This document shows positions 9,428 through 20,005 of a stretch of 64,000 bases of DNA, piece after piece (the stretch's first letter is position 1; the number at the start of each line of letters is the position of its first letter). The DNA is taken from IMG/VR virus record IMGVR_UViG_3300027983_002389; one strand, 5' to 3'. Position numbers and translations under genes: made by a program. The notes below the pieces were generated by a model. It was given only the letters and a program-made list of their open reading frames with translations. It was not told the DNA's origin and did not search any database. Source of the stretch: a virus. Taxonomy: Duplodnaviria; Caudoviricetes.

Positions 9428-11011
9428 ATGCCAATATTTGATGAAATAGGTTCTGGTGGTTCAATCGGCGGCGGCGATGCTGGCGTTCTGGCTACATATA
9501 CGCCAGATGCAATCGTAGCTGGCGCTGTTGGAGCAGGCTCTGCTGCACTCACTGTTGCCTATTTCTATTTTCCAGATGGTGGAGAAGTTCTAACTGGCGG
9601 TGAGGCTCTTAGTGACTTCTCCCCCCAATTTGATCTGGTGCTTGAGTGGCAGACCAGAGCTACAATCGAAATTGACAAAGAATTTTCCTGGAACACAGGA
9701 CTTCTCCCGCTTCGTTGGTATCGAGTTCAAGGTTGCTGTGTTTTTCCCACCGCAGCAGGAGATGGGATTGGACGACAGTCGGGTGGTTGTGACGTTACCG
9801 GCATTCAGACTGATGACATCAAGTGCGTGGGAGCAACTGGCAAACAACAGTTCATTCAGAATCTTGTCGGCAGCAGCGTGTCAGATATTTGCCAGCAATT
9901 ATCCGATAGCAGATTGAATTGGGAAATTTGCAGCATCAAACAATGGAGTCGTCCTGCTGACGGCAGTTTGGTCCCACCAGACGATCAATGTAATGACTTA
10001 AAAGAAGTTCCTTATTGTGAAATTCCAGAGTGTCTAAATTTTTGCATACACACAAATTCAATTACAAACATTGGAGTTACCACATATGTCATTGAGGCAT
10101 TTGCTTCATACGTTGGTTCCGGTGGCGCTTTAACTGGTGGCGAGGCGTTGACAAGTATTGTTGGTGGCGGCGGAACAGAACAGTCTTTCTTCGAGTACAT
10201 CTCTGATGGTGGTGAAGTTTTGACTGGCGGTGAGGCTTTGACTTCATCTTCGTGGGACAATGATTTATTGACCACGATTGGTGTTACAACTTATGTTGAA
10301 AATCTCGAAGCAGTTTTTGGTGCCGGAACAGACGGGCCAGAATTGGAATTGCAGACGCAAGTAATTGGAACAAGTTGTGGTTCTTGCAACTCCATGCCGC
10401 TGGTTCTTTATTTCTTTCATAATTTAGTCAACGAAAGTGTATTGTTGAATTACATGCAACGCAATGGATTAGAGTTGCCTAATCCATTGCCTATGCACTA
10501 TAGTTCTAGGTTGCAGTCTTGGGTTGCTAATTTTCACATGACCGGCACAAGTGACGACAATTTAGGCAGTAGAGAGACTTGGAGGTTCTCATTTGAATGG
10601 TCTTGTGTTAGTTCTTTTGGTGGCAATGAGTTGGGGTCTTCCTCTTGGAAGTTTTCTATGCTTGTTGTTCGCAAGAATGAATTTACTGGCACTGATTTCG
10701 ATACCAGGGCGTTGGTTATTTTTTCGCCTGAGCAAATTTGCTTAACTACTCAAAATTTGGGCTTCGATTTCTCTTTTAAGTTCAACACACTTACCAAGTT
10801 CGTTTCCAACGACTCTGATATTGTGCCGAATGTGACTTTGCTGACGGATACAATTGGATTGTTCAAATCGAAATTTTGGACGAGAACGCCTAATTTTACG
10901 GTTCGTTTATCCAAGGCAAATATATCGAATGCCGTTCAACGACAAGACATATATCCAATATTCCCACAAGCGGTCAGCGAGGGAGCCACAACGTCCTTTA
11001 TTACAAGGTGA
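9428..11011 (+). CDS. putative structural protein with GGxxLTGGEAL repeats
   Basis: 527-aa ORF, three Gly-rich internal repeats, Cys-rich segments. Confidence 0.55.
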   Translation: MPIFDEIGSGGSIGGGDAGVLATYTPDAIVAGAVGAGSAALTVAYFYFPDGGEVLTGGEALSDFSPQFDLVLEWQTRATIEIDKEFSWNTGLLPLRWYRVQGCCVFPTAAGDGIGRQSGGCDVTGIQTDDIKCVGATGKQQFIQNLVGSSVSDICQQLSDSRLNWEICSIKQWSRPADGSLVPPDDQCNDLKEVPYCEIPECLNFCIHTNSITNIGVTTYVIEAFASYVGSGGALTGGEALTSIVGGGGTEQSFFEYISDGGEVLTGGEALTSSSWDNDLLTTIGVTTYVENLEAVFGAGTDGPELELQTQVIGTSCGSCNSMPLVLYFFHNLVNESVLLNYMQRNGLELPNPLPMHYSSRLQSWVANFHMTGTSDDNLGSRETWRFSFEWSCVSSFGGNELGSSSWKFSMLVVRKNEFTGTDFDTRALVIFSPEQICLTTQNLGFDFSFKFNTLTKFVSNDSDIVPNVTLLTDTIGLFKSKFWTRTPNFTVRLSKANISNAVQRQDIYPIFPQAVSEGATTSFITR

Positions 11012-11014
11012 GAT

Positions 11015-11416
11015 ATGGAATTTTCATTATTGGTTTTTTTGTCCGTTATATCGTTCATCAACTTCGTGTTTCTCTGTTTCATTGGAATATTTTTGGTCCG
11101 ATTCAAAGATCGGGTTAACAATATTTTTGCTGATTTAATTGAAGCAATGGAAGTTATGTGGGGAATTATGCCAGTTGCCCCACCCGTGGTTTCTGATCCG
11201 GTCGAACGTCCTAAAACATGGGATGAAAAATACGAAGAAGAACTTGAGGCAATGACTAGACGACTGCGATCCGATTCGGGGCTTAAAGATTTGTCTAATC
11301 CTGTTCTCTCATGGGGAGAACCGCCCGCATTGAATCCTCAAAATACAGATGGATTGTCGATCAAAGATGTATCAAAAACTCCAATGAACATCAACAGGGT
11401 TGATCGGCCAGAATAG
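11015..11416 (+). CDS. hypothetical membrane protein
   Basis: N-terminal TM helix. Confidence 0.65.
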   Translation: MEFSLLVFLSVISFINFVFLCFIGIFLVRFKDRVNNIFADLIEAMEVMWGIMPVAPPVVSDPVERPKTWDEKYEEELEAMTRRLRSDSGLKDLSNPVLSWGEPPALNPQNTDGLSIKDVSKTPMNINRVDRPE

Positions 11417-11444
11417 ATGCCGTAATATACTGTTGGAGACAAGC

Positions 11445-12464
11445 ATGATGTATTCGGCTGTAAAGTATAAAAAGTTCGTAAGCCAACGTAGATTTGGGGT
11501 CGAGCTTGAGACGAGCAATACACTTACAAAGGCGAAGGTTAAGTCTGTTCTCAAGACGCTTTCCGAATACGCTTCTTTAGTCACCAAATATCAATTGAGT
11601 GGCGACAATCCTGCATGGCATGTGAAGGATGATGCTACTTGTGGCCCAATGGGCAGATTAGGCCCTAAAGGGGTCGAAATAGCGTCGTTTGTTGGCAAGG
11701 GCATAAATGACCTTCAACATATAGCCGATGTCGCCGAGGGCCTCCACAGAGCCGGATGCAGGGTCAACAATAATTGCGGTCTTCATGTTCATGCTGAAGC
11801 CAAAGACCTGACCACGGCACAGGTGGGAGTTCTAATTGCTCATTGGATTAAAATTGAGCCGATTATTTCGATGTCGATGCCATTGAGTCGTTTTGACAAT
11901 GTTTATTGTCGAACACTGAGAAAAAATGATATTTTTGACTCAGCCGCTTTTAATCGCACCTTGCGATGGAATGGTGAGGATATTTGGCAAATGTTCAAAC
12001 CGGACAATTTGAACTTTTACGAAAACGAAGATCGTCGTGTCACATTGAATTTAGTTAATTTTGCACGAGCAATTCAGTTCGACAGCACGTATCGTAAAAC
12101 TTTAGAACTTCGATGGCCAGAAGGCACTTTAGATGGACGAGATGTTCGTTGTTGGGTCCGGCTTTTTTTGATTTTTATTGATACCTGCAAAGATCGCTCG
12201 ATGCCATCGAATTTGCTTGTGGCGAGTTTAGATGATGTTTTGACGTATTTTGGCTTGAATCACGATAAAGATTCCTTCCATGTTTTCAGTGAAGGACTAC
12301 ATGACACCAAGTCCTGGTTCTTGGAAAGGCTGATCCAGTATGGCAGCAGTGAGGCGAGCATGGCTTTGCATGGACACCCTGTACATAACACTCCAGGAGA
12401 TACCATTAAGGATGCCAAGAAGATATTGAATTTGATGTGGTCGCCGCTCAAAAAATACGCTTAA
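11445..12464 (+). CDS. putative amidoligase (COOH-NH2 ligase type 2)
   Basis: FGVELE, WHVKDDAT, GVEIAS, CGLHVH, TLELR. Confidence 0.85.
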   Translation: MMYSAVKYKKFVSQRRFGVELETSNTLTKAKVKSVLKTLSEYASLVTKYQLSGDNPAWHVKDDATCGPMGRLGPKGVEIASFVGKGINDLQHIADVAEGLHRAGCRVNNNCGLHVHAEAKDLTTAQVGVLIAHWIKIEPIISMSMPLSRFDNVYCRTLRKNDIFDSAAFNRTLRWNGEDIWQMFKPDNLNFYENEDRRVTLNLVNFARAIQFDSTYRKTLELRWPEGTLDGRDVRCWVRLFLIFIDTCKDRSMPSNLLVASLDDVLTYFGLNHDKDSFHVFSEGLHDTKSWFLERLIQYGSSEASMALHGHPVHNTPGDTIKDAKKILNLMWSPLKKYA

Positions 12465-12532
12465 TTGCACAACTTGAAACACTACAACACTATATAATAC
12501 TGTGACTTTCACTTACTTTCTAGGACTATCAA

Positions 12533-13075
12533 ATGACAAATTTTACTACAGCGGAGCGACATGCGCTCGTATTGGATCACGTTTTTTTGGCTGATAAGAT
12601 TGCCAAAAGCAGAAAAAAGAAACTTACTCAAGTTTCTTACGATGAGTTAAAATCGGCGGCATACTTGGGCTTGGTTGAAGCTGCTGCACATTATAATACG
12701 CAGGAAAACGATTGTTTCCCAGCGTATGCGGTGTGGCGAATCATAGGGGCAGTGAGGGACTATCTTCGGGAACTATCCTGGGGTCCACGTTCCAAACCAG
12801 TGAAGATGGTTGAAGTTTTTGTTTACGAAGAACACATCTTTGACCAACAAATCGTAGATCGTGCCGGATTTTTCGAGGACGTGATTAGGCAGTTACCAAC
12901 CGTTAACAAAACAGTTCTGAAACTTTACTATCAGGAAGGCATGAAAATTAAGGACATCGCCAGCGATTTAGGTGTTCACCAATCAAGGGTGTCTCAAATT
13001 CTATCCGAATCCCGACTAAAATTGAAGAATATATGGAAAGAGCAGCAGGCTGAATTATGGGCCACAGCAGCGTAA
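12533..13075 (+). CDS. sigma-70 family factor (FliA/WhiG-like)
   Basis: DELKSAAYLGLVEAA, YAVWRIIGAVRDYLR, region-4 HTH IASDLGVHQSRVSQI. Confidence 0.9.
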   Translation: MTNFTTAERHALVLDHVFLADKIAKSRKKKLTQVSYDELKSAAYLGLVEAAAHYNTQENDCFPAYAVWRIIGAVRDYLRELSWGPRSKPVKMVEVFVYEEHIFDQQIVDRAGFFEDVIRQLPTVNKTVLKLYYQEGMKIKDIASDLGVHQSRVSQILSESRLKLKNIWKEQQAELWATAA

Positions 13076-13097
13076 ATATGGTCATCAGGGAGGGATC

Positions 13098-14003
13098 ATG
13101 AAAAAGTATATCGGACTGTTAGTATTAGCAATCGCCTTCGGCTTTGCAGCAATTGGGCCAAGTAACATTGGCTCAACTGCTCAAGCTCAGGATTTAATCT
13201 ATCCGTATGGAGCGTCTGCTCCCACAGAACCAGACCTCAAAAGTCTGGAGTGGAACCGATACACAGCAGAGAACATTGTGATTTTGAGTATCGACAATGA
13301 ACAAGGTAAGTGGCTTAGTGAAAATATAGACAAAGTGCGTTCGTGGTGTCTGACACGCTGGGGATTTCCAGAGTCCGGTTTCACAAAAGAATGTCGTATT
13401 TTCTGTGTGCCTAATAAAGAATTGTTCAAGAAGCTGTTCAATCTGGAACGCCCTAAAGTTGAACTGCGAAAAGACATGACGGTGATATGGGTCGCAATGG
13501 ATGACAAGCCAGCCAAGTCGCTGCCGCCTCTGTTGACGCAAATCTGTCTTGCTGAGTTTGAGGCAAATTACAACGTAAAGATCGGCTGGTGGTTCAAGCG
13601 TGGAGCTTCACAACTAAACGGCACTGTTCCCGATATACGGCAAAGTATATTTGGTTTGAACGATATGTTGAAAAAAGATCAACCGATATTCGTGAGTGAA
13701 AAAATGTTCACGATGACCGAAGAAGAATATCTGAAAGAAAGTGTCGAAAACCAAAAGGTGTTCGATCAAGAAGCGGTCGCTCTTTGTATTATGCTTCGCA
13801 AAGAATTTGGAGAAGCAAAGTTGCAAGGATTTTTGCGGATCGCAAGTAGAAACAACTCACAGGATGTACTGAAAGTTGTTTACGACTTCAGTGGGTATGG
13901 GCATTTTGACAAGCAGTACATCAGGTTCATGAGAGACTTGACATCTGATGTCCTAAACAACAAGACGCCAGACACATATTTGGAAATTAAACCAGTTCGT
14001 TAA
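13098..14003 (+). CDS. hypothetical exported protein
   Basis: signal peptide ending AQA; GGAGG RBS. Confidence 0.7.
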   Translation: MKKYIGLLVLAIAFGFAAIGPSNIGSTAQAQDLIYPYGASAPTEPDLKSLEWNRYTAENIVILSIDNEQGKWLSENIDKVRSWCLTRWGFPESGFTKECRIFCVPNKELFKKLFNLERPKVELRKDMTVIWVAMDDKPAKSLPPLLTQICLAEFEANYNVKIGWWFKRGASQLNGTVPDIRQSIFGLNDMLKKDQPIFVSEKMFTMTEEEYLKESVENQKVFDQEAVALCIMLRKEFGEAKLQGFLRIASRNNSQDVLKVVYDFSGYGHFDKQYIRFMRDLTSDVLNNKTPDTYLEIKPVR

Positions 14004-14189
14004 GGATACTTGTTGGAAAAAAGATGGCAGTTTTCCTTCTCTTGATCGAATTGATTCTTTTTATGGATATATAGAAGGTAATGTGCAATGGGTTCACAAG
14101 GATTTGAATCTGATGAAGTGGTCATTGGGTCAAAACAGATTTTTGGAACTATGCAAATTGGTTGTCAGTACAAATAAACAGGAGGTTAT

Positions 14190-14489
14190 ATGTTGAGTAT
14201 ATTGATTTGGGTAATTTTTGGATTTTTGGTTGGGCTTTGCGCAAAAGCGATACATCCTGGCGATGAGCCTATTGGATGTGTTTCTACCATCGGCATCGGT
14301 GTTGGCGGTTCGTTTATTGGTGGCGGGATCAATTGGATGCTTGGCATGGGCAACCATCCGTTCCACCCATCAGGATTTTTAATGTCTATTCTTGGAGGTA
14401 TAGTTTGCTGCATGGCGTGGCGTTGGTATACACTCAAGGCATCTTCAACTGGACCTAAGAGTTTCTTTACAGGCAAGCGCTTGAAGTAA
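14190..14489 (+). CDS. GlsB/YeaQ/YmgE (transglycosylase-associated) membrane protein
   Basis: IFGFLVGLCAKAIHPG..., TIGIGVGGSFIGG; GGAGG RBS. Confidence 0.85.
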   Translation: MLSILIWVIFGFLVGLCAKAIHPGDEPIGCVSTIGIGVGGSFIGGGINWMLGMGNHPFHPSGFLMSILGGIVCCMAWRWYTLKASSTGPKSFFTGKRLK

Positions 14490-14527
14490 CACTTGATTCA
14501 AGTTTGCTTGTGGGGTAATATTCAATT

Positions 14528-14758
14528 ATGTTAGACCCTACAATTATCGAAAAACTTCGGGAGCGTTATCCCGATCTTCATCCGTTGCTTTTTCATCGTT
14601 CCGTGGAACGTGCAAAGAGCAACGGTGATTTATTTGATATACTGGATACAATAGCCAAAAAATATCCTTTGATTTGGTGTGAAGACACCTATCGGTGGGT
14701 CACAACTAATGAGTTGTATCTATCTGAAGAATTTTTTGGAGCAATGAAAGATGAATAG
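14528..14758 (+). CDS. hypothetical protein
   Basis: ORF. Confidence 0.6.
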   Translation: MLDPTIIEKLRERYPDLHPLLFHRSVERAKSNGDLFDILDTIAKKYPLIWCEDTYRWVTTNELYLSEEFFGAMKDE

Positions 14759-15380
14759 CGCCTTGTTTCTTTTGGTTGCGACATTGCCAATCACGCAATG
14801 TCCTCAAGACGGCTACGGACCTGTTTTTTATGGTCCTCCAATCGTGTGCGCCCCTGCCGACTATAATCACATTCACTTCACTGGTGATGTGTACAGCAAA
14901 AAATATGTCACCGCAGCAATGGACGATGGACAAAGGATGACAATCCCTGTCATCAATGGCATCCTTCCAACAGTCAACTACAAAAGACTTGCCAGTGGTG
15001 GTATGCAAAGGGACTTCTGGTACGACGAAGGATTCAAATATGGTGGAGAGGCTGTCGTTGAATACTATTCAGAAGATTTGCCGCTTTCTAAGAAGGCTGG
15101 CGTTCGTGAAGAAAGCAGTTTTGAAGAAGCTCCACCCAGGGCCAACATTCGTCCTCCGAAGGCTAGAGTTCGAGAGGACGAAGAATTGCCGCCAAAAAAG
15201 TCGCAAATGCCCGATCCTAAGATTCAACAATTGCAAGATTCGATTGGCGAGCTTCAGAAAACGGTTGTTGAATTGAGAGAAACGGTCAAGAGGCAACAGG
15301 CCCAGGTTGTTCCTGAGCCAAAGGTTGACGCTCTTTCTCCGATGAAAAAGCCGTCTGAATTCGACAAAGAACCAAAGTGA
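14751..15380 (+). CDS. hypothetical exported protein with coiled coil
   Basis: hydrophobic N-terminus, heptad segment. Confidence 0.6.
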   Translation: MNSALFLLVATLPITQCPQDGYGPVFYGPPIVCAPADYNHIHFTGDVYSKKYVTAAMDDGQRMTIPVINGILPTVNYKRLASGGMQRDFWYDEGFKYGGEAVVEYYSEDLPLSKKAGVREESSFEEAPPRANIRPPKARVREDEELPPKKSQMPDPKIQQLQDSIGELQKTVVELRETVKRQQAQVVPEPKVDALSPMKKPSEFDKEPK

Positions 15381-15383
15381 AAA

Positions 15384-16022
15384 ATGCGGCTATACGAAGA
15401 GTATTTCAAGCGACATTCAATTGTAGATGTCCCGGTTGCACAACACTGCTCTGCCGGTTCGTTGATTTTAAGAACCACCGATCCTTCCATTTGGAAGAGT
15501 CGGTGGGTTCTCGTTTCAATGCGTTGGGAAAATCACGATTACCATCCTGGTCAATACCAAATTGGAATCAACTATCCTATCCACGATGGCTACCTCAACG
15601 ATCAATTGTTCACTCAGTCCCTTCCTGTTGCAAAAAAGTGGCATGAGTATGAGGACTTCTTTTTAGATTGGAGCAGCAATCTGAAAGCCGCACGTCCCGT
15701 GATTGGTCCACACGAAGTTGTTTTGGCTGCATGGGAAATGTTCGTTTTTTCCTACGATAGCTGGTTCATCAAACAGCCTTTTGAGATCAAAAGATCGTTA
15801 TTTGAAGCGGTAGATAAAGAAAATCCAATTCATCATCGGTATCAACATTATCAGGATGTTGCTATATTTCTTTCAACACACCATCCAGCAGTGTTGCGAG
15901 CCTGGAAATACGAAGTTTTAGCCCGTGTACAGAATTATGCTGATTGGTTGGCAGCAATCGTAGATAACCAATGCAAAACGGAAGAGAAAAATATTCGCCC
16001 GTTCAAATTAGAAACCCTATAA
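15384..16022 (+). CDS. hypothetical protein
   Basis: 212-aa ORF in gene run. Confidence 0.65.
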   Translation: MRLYEEYFKRHSIVDVPVAQHCSAGSLILRTTDPSIWKSRWVLVSMRWENHDYHPGQYQIGINYPIHDGYLNDQLFTQSLPVAKKWHEYEDFFLDWSSNLKAARPVIGPHEVVLAAWEMFVFSYDSWFIKQPFEIKRSLFEAVDKENPIHHRYQHYQDVAIFLSTHHPAVLRAWKYEVLARVQNYADWLAAIVDNQCKTEEKNIRPFKLETL

Positions 16023-16846
16023 GTCGGGACCATCTTGTTCGTTTACTGCCTAAACAGAAGCTCCATCTTGTCTTTACCAAGCCTGAATTTAGATCATGTA
16101 GCGTAAGTATCGCTGGTGATTTTCTAAAGCTAGATGACATAGAGCAAGTCAAGAATGGATGGGTCGCTTCCATATCTCAATCGTGGGATATAAAGGAGAT
16201 CATCAATACTAGCCTTTACCTCGGCGAAATCAATGTGATGAGTTCTGATGGTCTTGTGGCTTCTCTCTGTGTTGTTTCTGACGTTGCCAATGCCGATTGT
16301 TTGCGAGTTGTTCAACCAACCATAAACCAATTCAGAATTGAGCCGCATCAAGTTTTAGATGTGATGTTTTATTCATTGGAATTTGGAGATCAATGGGTTT
16401 GCACGGCTGGCGCAGGCAAATTGAATATGGAGCAAATAGATCAATGCTCTCGAACTTTTGGTGGATTTGACGCACCAATTTCGCCAAGTTCCAATCAATG
16501 GCCTGTGGAAGAACACTATTTTAGATTTAGACTGGACGCTCCAAGCATCGAACTGATTCAGAGTTTGCCTCACGGTCGATATGATGGAGGAAACCTTTCC
16601 TTTTTCAAAACCAACGGGACTCTAAATCGGTCAAATATACAAATTGTGTTAAACTGGCGTGATAAAAAAACAACTGTCTATAAGGCTTTGCTCCTCCCAA
16701 GGAATCCCCAACAGGGTGTATTAAAAGTTCATTACAGACAAAACAAAAAGACAAATTGTGCAATTCAGTCCACAATTGTTTTGAAAAAGATAGAATGTGA
16801 TGAGATAGATGCAGGGTGCAATGTGATTTTTGCCAAATGCCGTTGA
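15971..16846 (+). CDS. hypothetical protein
   Basis: 291-aa ORF. Confidence 0.6.
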   Translation: MQNGREKYSPVQIRNPISRDHLVRLLPKQKLHLVFTKPEFRSCSVSIAGDFLKLDDIEQVKNGWVASISQSWDIKEIINTSLYLGEINVMSSDGLVASLCVVSDVANADCLRVVQPTINQFRIEPHQVLDVMFYSLEFGDQWVCTAGAGKLNMEQIDQCSRTFGGFDAPISPSSNQWPVEEHYFRFRLDAPSIELIQSLPHGRYDGGNLSFFKTNGTLNRSNIQIVLNWRDKKTTVYKALLLPRNPQQGVLKVHYRQNKKTNCAIQSTIVLKKIECDEIDAGCNVIFAKCR

Positions 16847-17522
16847 TTTAGATAATTCCACCTTGGCAGAGAGCGAGGGCAACATGAAGGCTTCGTTTGG
16901 AGAAGTTAAAAAGTTCAAGTGTCATACTCAACCTCCGGTTAGCAATTATGCTTTGGAGGCCGAGCCACCAAAAGACGTGCATTGGGATCATTGTCGAGAG
17001 CAATTTGCCGCTAAGTTCAATGAACTAACGCCAGGGTTTTATTTTTCACACCCGTCTGGCAAATCTTATGACGTAGGAGAGTTTCTGGCGAAGTTTGAAA
17101 CGATAATTGGATTGTCAGAAGCATCAAGTTATTCCAAAACTGAAAAAGAATCGGTTCTATGGATCGTGCCATCTAAATTTTGGGGCAACTGTCAAATGAA
17201 AAGGTCGTTGATGACGATCCTTCTTCGTTGTGGAATCAATTATGATTCAGCTAGAGATAATTTTGACGATGCCTTGTTCGGAGACTACAAAGAAACCATT
17301 TATGCAAAAGAAACACGTTCAGCAATGTTGCGATTTATGTTTGGTTTCACAAAGTATACAGGCACACTCAATCCAATAACTTCTTCTACTTCTGTCATTA
17401 AGCATGGCTGGCGTGAAGAGTTTCAAAAATTAGACGATTCTACTATTCGTCGTCGGCTGGTACTCCCTGAAGGAGCTTCCAGAGAATCAAGTATCATAGG
17501 CGTGGAGTCTCTTTGGACATGA
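16830..17522 (+). CDS. hypothetical protein
   Basis: 230-aa ORF. Confidence 0.65.
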   Translation: MPNAVDLDNSTLAESEGNMKASFGEVKKFKCHTQPPVSNYALEAEPPKDVHWDHCREQFAAKFNELTPGFYFSHPSGKSYDVGEFLAKFETIIGLSEASSYSKTEKESVLWIVPSKFWGNCQMKRSLMTILLRCGINYDSARDNFDDALFGDYKETIYAKETRSAMLRFMFGFTKYTGTLNPITSSTSVIKHGWREEFQKLDDSTIRRRLVLPEGASRESSIIGVESLWT

Positions 17523-17821
17523 AAGCATTAACAGAATCAACATTCGATACAGAAGTCACAGCCGATTCAAATTGGTTGGTCATGTTTTGGGCTGCGTGGT
17601 GTGGCCCTTGTATTGATGTAAAATACCTTGAAGACTTTGAGATCGTCACTCCGGGGACGTTGGTTGGACGAGTTAACGTCGAAGAAAATCCAGATTTAGC
17701 TGCCACCTACTCTATTATTGCCGTTCCTACTTATGTGCTTTTTAAGCACGGACAGCCAGTCAATCGGTTGATCGGCTTGCAAACAAAAGAGTCTCTTCAA
17801 GAAGCTATAAGATTACAATGA
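17519..17821 (+). CDS. trxA: thioredoxin
   Basis: WAAWCGPC, VPT, FKHG. Confidence 0.9.
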   Translation: MKALTESTFDTEVTADSNWLVMFWAAWCGPCIDVKYLEDFEIVTPGTLVGRVNVEENPDLAATYSIIAVPTYVLFKHGQPVNRLIGLQTKESLQEAIRLQ

Positions 17822-17920
17822 AAAGAGTTTTACTTATGCACAACAACGGCGATCTAAAGCCAGAAGTTGAATTCCGTAAAGGATTAGAAGACATAGTAAA
17901 TTGGACCTGGGTAGTTTAAT

Positions 17921-18775
17921 ATGCTTAATGTTTTAAGTGCATTGCCAAAGAAGGTTGTCTTTCCGCCTCATGAAAATTGGCTTAAATCAGAAGATGAATA
18001 CCTTCGTAGATTCTATCAGTATTTTGTGAACACGGCCTTGTATGCTGGAATTGAAGTCGCTTATGACAACACGCTGAAATCATTTAGCGATCAGGCTATT
18101 CCTTTTGTTGTGGACGGCATCAAATGCGCTTATGACATTTCTGATTACAGTGTGATCCAACTACAAGCATGGAGTGGCGAATTCAAATGTTACTTCATGC
18201 TTCATCATTTGCCAGTGTTTAATGTATATCCCAATTTAGGCTCTGTGCCACAACAGTCTTTTTTTGATTGGGATGAATACAATCGCTTATCTGAAGGACA
18301 ATATGATTGTTCGTCCGATCTGATTTTACACTGTCAGAATTTAGGACAAATTAGAAGACGCAACTTGGCAAGAAAGTTGTTGACTGAAAAAGAATACAAC
18401 TTAACTACGTCTTGTTGGCCTCTGTCTGAATTTTGGAAACTCGGTCAAAAATGTTGTGCGAGTGTTCATATTCCAGGGTCTACTGCTCACATGATGGATC
18501 GAGGGCAGCTTCAATTGATGGCAATGGGAGTTTGTACTGTTTCTCCAAACATCTATTGCTCATTGGGTGAATTGCGACCTGAGCCGGGCATTCATTATGT
18601 TTGTATCCGAGATGACTTTTCTAACTTGACTGAAAAAATTGACTGGTGTTTGAACAATCCAAATCAGTGTGTTGAGATTGGCAATAATGCCAAGAAATTG
18701 TTCAATGATTCTTGCATTCCTTATGCAATATGGAAGTACATCAAGAATCGCATCACACGCCCGATTTTGGATTAA
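17921..18775 (+). CDS. putative glycosyltransferase (GT-B C-terminal / YkvP-like)
   Basis: PGIHYV...DDFSNL.EKI.W...NP....IGNNAK pattern. Confidence 0.65.
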   Translation: MLNVLSALPKKVVFPPHENWLKSEDEYLRRFYQYFVNTALYAGIEVAYDNTLKSFSDQAIPFVVDGIKCAYDISDYSVIQLQAWSGEFKCYFMLHHLPVFNVYPNLGSVPQQSFFDWDEYNRLSEGQYDCSSDLILHCQNLGQIRRRNLARKLLTEKEYNLTTSCWPLSEFWKLGQKCCASVHIPGSTAHMMDRGQLQLMAMGVCTVSPNIYCSLGELRPEPGIHYVCIRDDFSNLTEKIDWCLNNPNQCVEIGNNAKKLFNDSCIPYAIWKYIKNRITRPILD

Positions 18776-19312
18776 CCATCCTTGGGCGGTTTGTTTTTTA
18801 TAGGACACCCAGGCGGCTTGTCCCATGATTTCTTGTATGTTGTGAACTAAGTCATTGGTTATCACTGCGTTTTCAATTTCTTCTTCGGTGATTTCGACCC
18901 AAGCCCAACCGGGAGTTGCGAAGTCATGCCCCAATATGCAGTCATCTTCTTTCAGATATGGAGCGAATTCATTGAATTCTCTGACTTTATCGCCGCCATC
19001 ACAAAACAATATGGTCTTACCATGGCGTCTTATCAGTTTGATGATTTCAGACTTGTATTGAAACACATCTTTTTGATGTGGGAATGCTGTTTTTGGCAAG
19101 TTTTCAGGAATTGGTGAAATATCAAAAGTATGAATTGTTACATCTGGCTTTATGTCTGTCAATAGTGTTGTCAAACCACCATTATAAGTGCCAATTTCAA
19201 TGATTGTTGCTGGGTCTTCTAGTTCAAGCAATGTCTTCATGCACTCAATCACCTTTGGTGGTTGACACATGACCATTCCTTTGTACGAAAAATTTCGTTC
19301 GTAGGGTTTCAT
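18560..19312 (-). CDS. class I SAM-dependent methyltransferase (CmcI/Methyltransf_24-like)
   Basis: IIEIGTYNGG, TFDI, FCDGG, LGHD. Confidence 0.75.
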   Translation of the reverse strand: MKPYERNFSYKGMVMCQPPKVIECMKTLLELEDPATIIEIGTYNGGLTTLLTDIKPDVTIHTFDISPIPENLPKTAFPHQKDVFQYKSEIIKLIRRHGKTILFCDGGDKVREFNEFAPYLKEDDCILGHDFATPGWAWVEITEEEIENAVITNDLVHNIQEIMGQAAWVSYKKQTAQGWLIQNRACDAILDVLPYCIRNARIIEQFLGIIANLNTLIWIVQTPVNFFSQVRKVISDTNIMNARLRSQFTQ

Positions 19313-19320
19313 GAACTAAA

Positions 19321-19881
19321 TTAGTAACCCAGCAAAGATTTAACTCGCTCGAAATCTGCTTCTATATTGTCACATCTCCATACCCAGAAGGCTCCCACAT
19401 TGAGAGTTGGGTGGTAGTTTGGTGCGACAATAGCAGCAAATCCCTCGAAATCTTCGGCCCACCATCCAGACTTGTGGCATTTAGGATCAGGATTTCCAAC
19501 TTCAACCATGTATTCGCCGATCGGCGTAAACAGAATTTGTTTGTCTGAAATCGCTTTCATTCTCTCGACCAGACGAAATCCATCTTCTTTTGTCAAGTGT
19601 TCGATGCCATCAGAACAGTTCGCTACCGAGTAGTGCTTGTTAAAGCATTTGTGGTTCCCCAGAACGTCTGCTTGCACGAATCGGTGCATCTGTCCTGGAA
19701 TATCCCAACAATCCAAAGCATCAACGTAAACCTTGTCTTTGAACTCAAGGTTTCTTGTTACTGTCGCTTCACAGGAACAAAGGTCTATAAGGGTTTGTTC
19801 ATCAATGGTATTGCCAATGATTGCCTTGATTACTTTTTCATAAAGCGGGAAGCTGCCGTGATCTTGGATGGTTAGTTTCAT
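19321..19881 (-). CDS. putative SAM methyltransferase-fold protein
   Basis: LIDLCS, ADV, DGIEHL, FTP, HKSGW pattern. Confidence 0.6.
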   Translation of the reverse strand: MKLTIQDHGSFPLYEKVIKAIIGNTIDEQTLIDLCSCEATVTRNLEFKDKVYVDALDCWDIPGQMHRFVQADVLGNHKCFNKHYSVANCSDGIEHLTKEDGFRLVERMKAISDKQILFTPIGEYMVEVGNPDPKCHKSGWWAEDFEGFAAIVAPNYHPTLNVGAFWVWRCDNIEADFERVKSLLGY

Positions 19882-20005
19882 GAGAGTATTTAGCTACTTT
19901 CTTCGTTTTTCTCCCGATGGCGATAGAGCTAACGAATTTTTACCTCATTTCAAAATACATACCTTGTAAAGTAACCCATTAAGCACACAAGGAGGGCATG
20001 GCATC

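Noticed and set aside
18560-18775. 216-nt convergent overlap as a functional dual-coding region
   Set aside because: The methyltransferase fold appears complete before the overlap; likely stop-codon loss.
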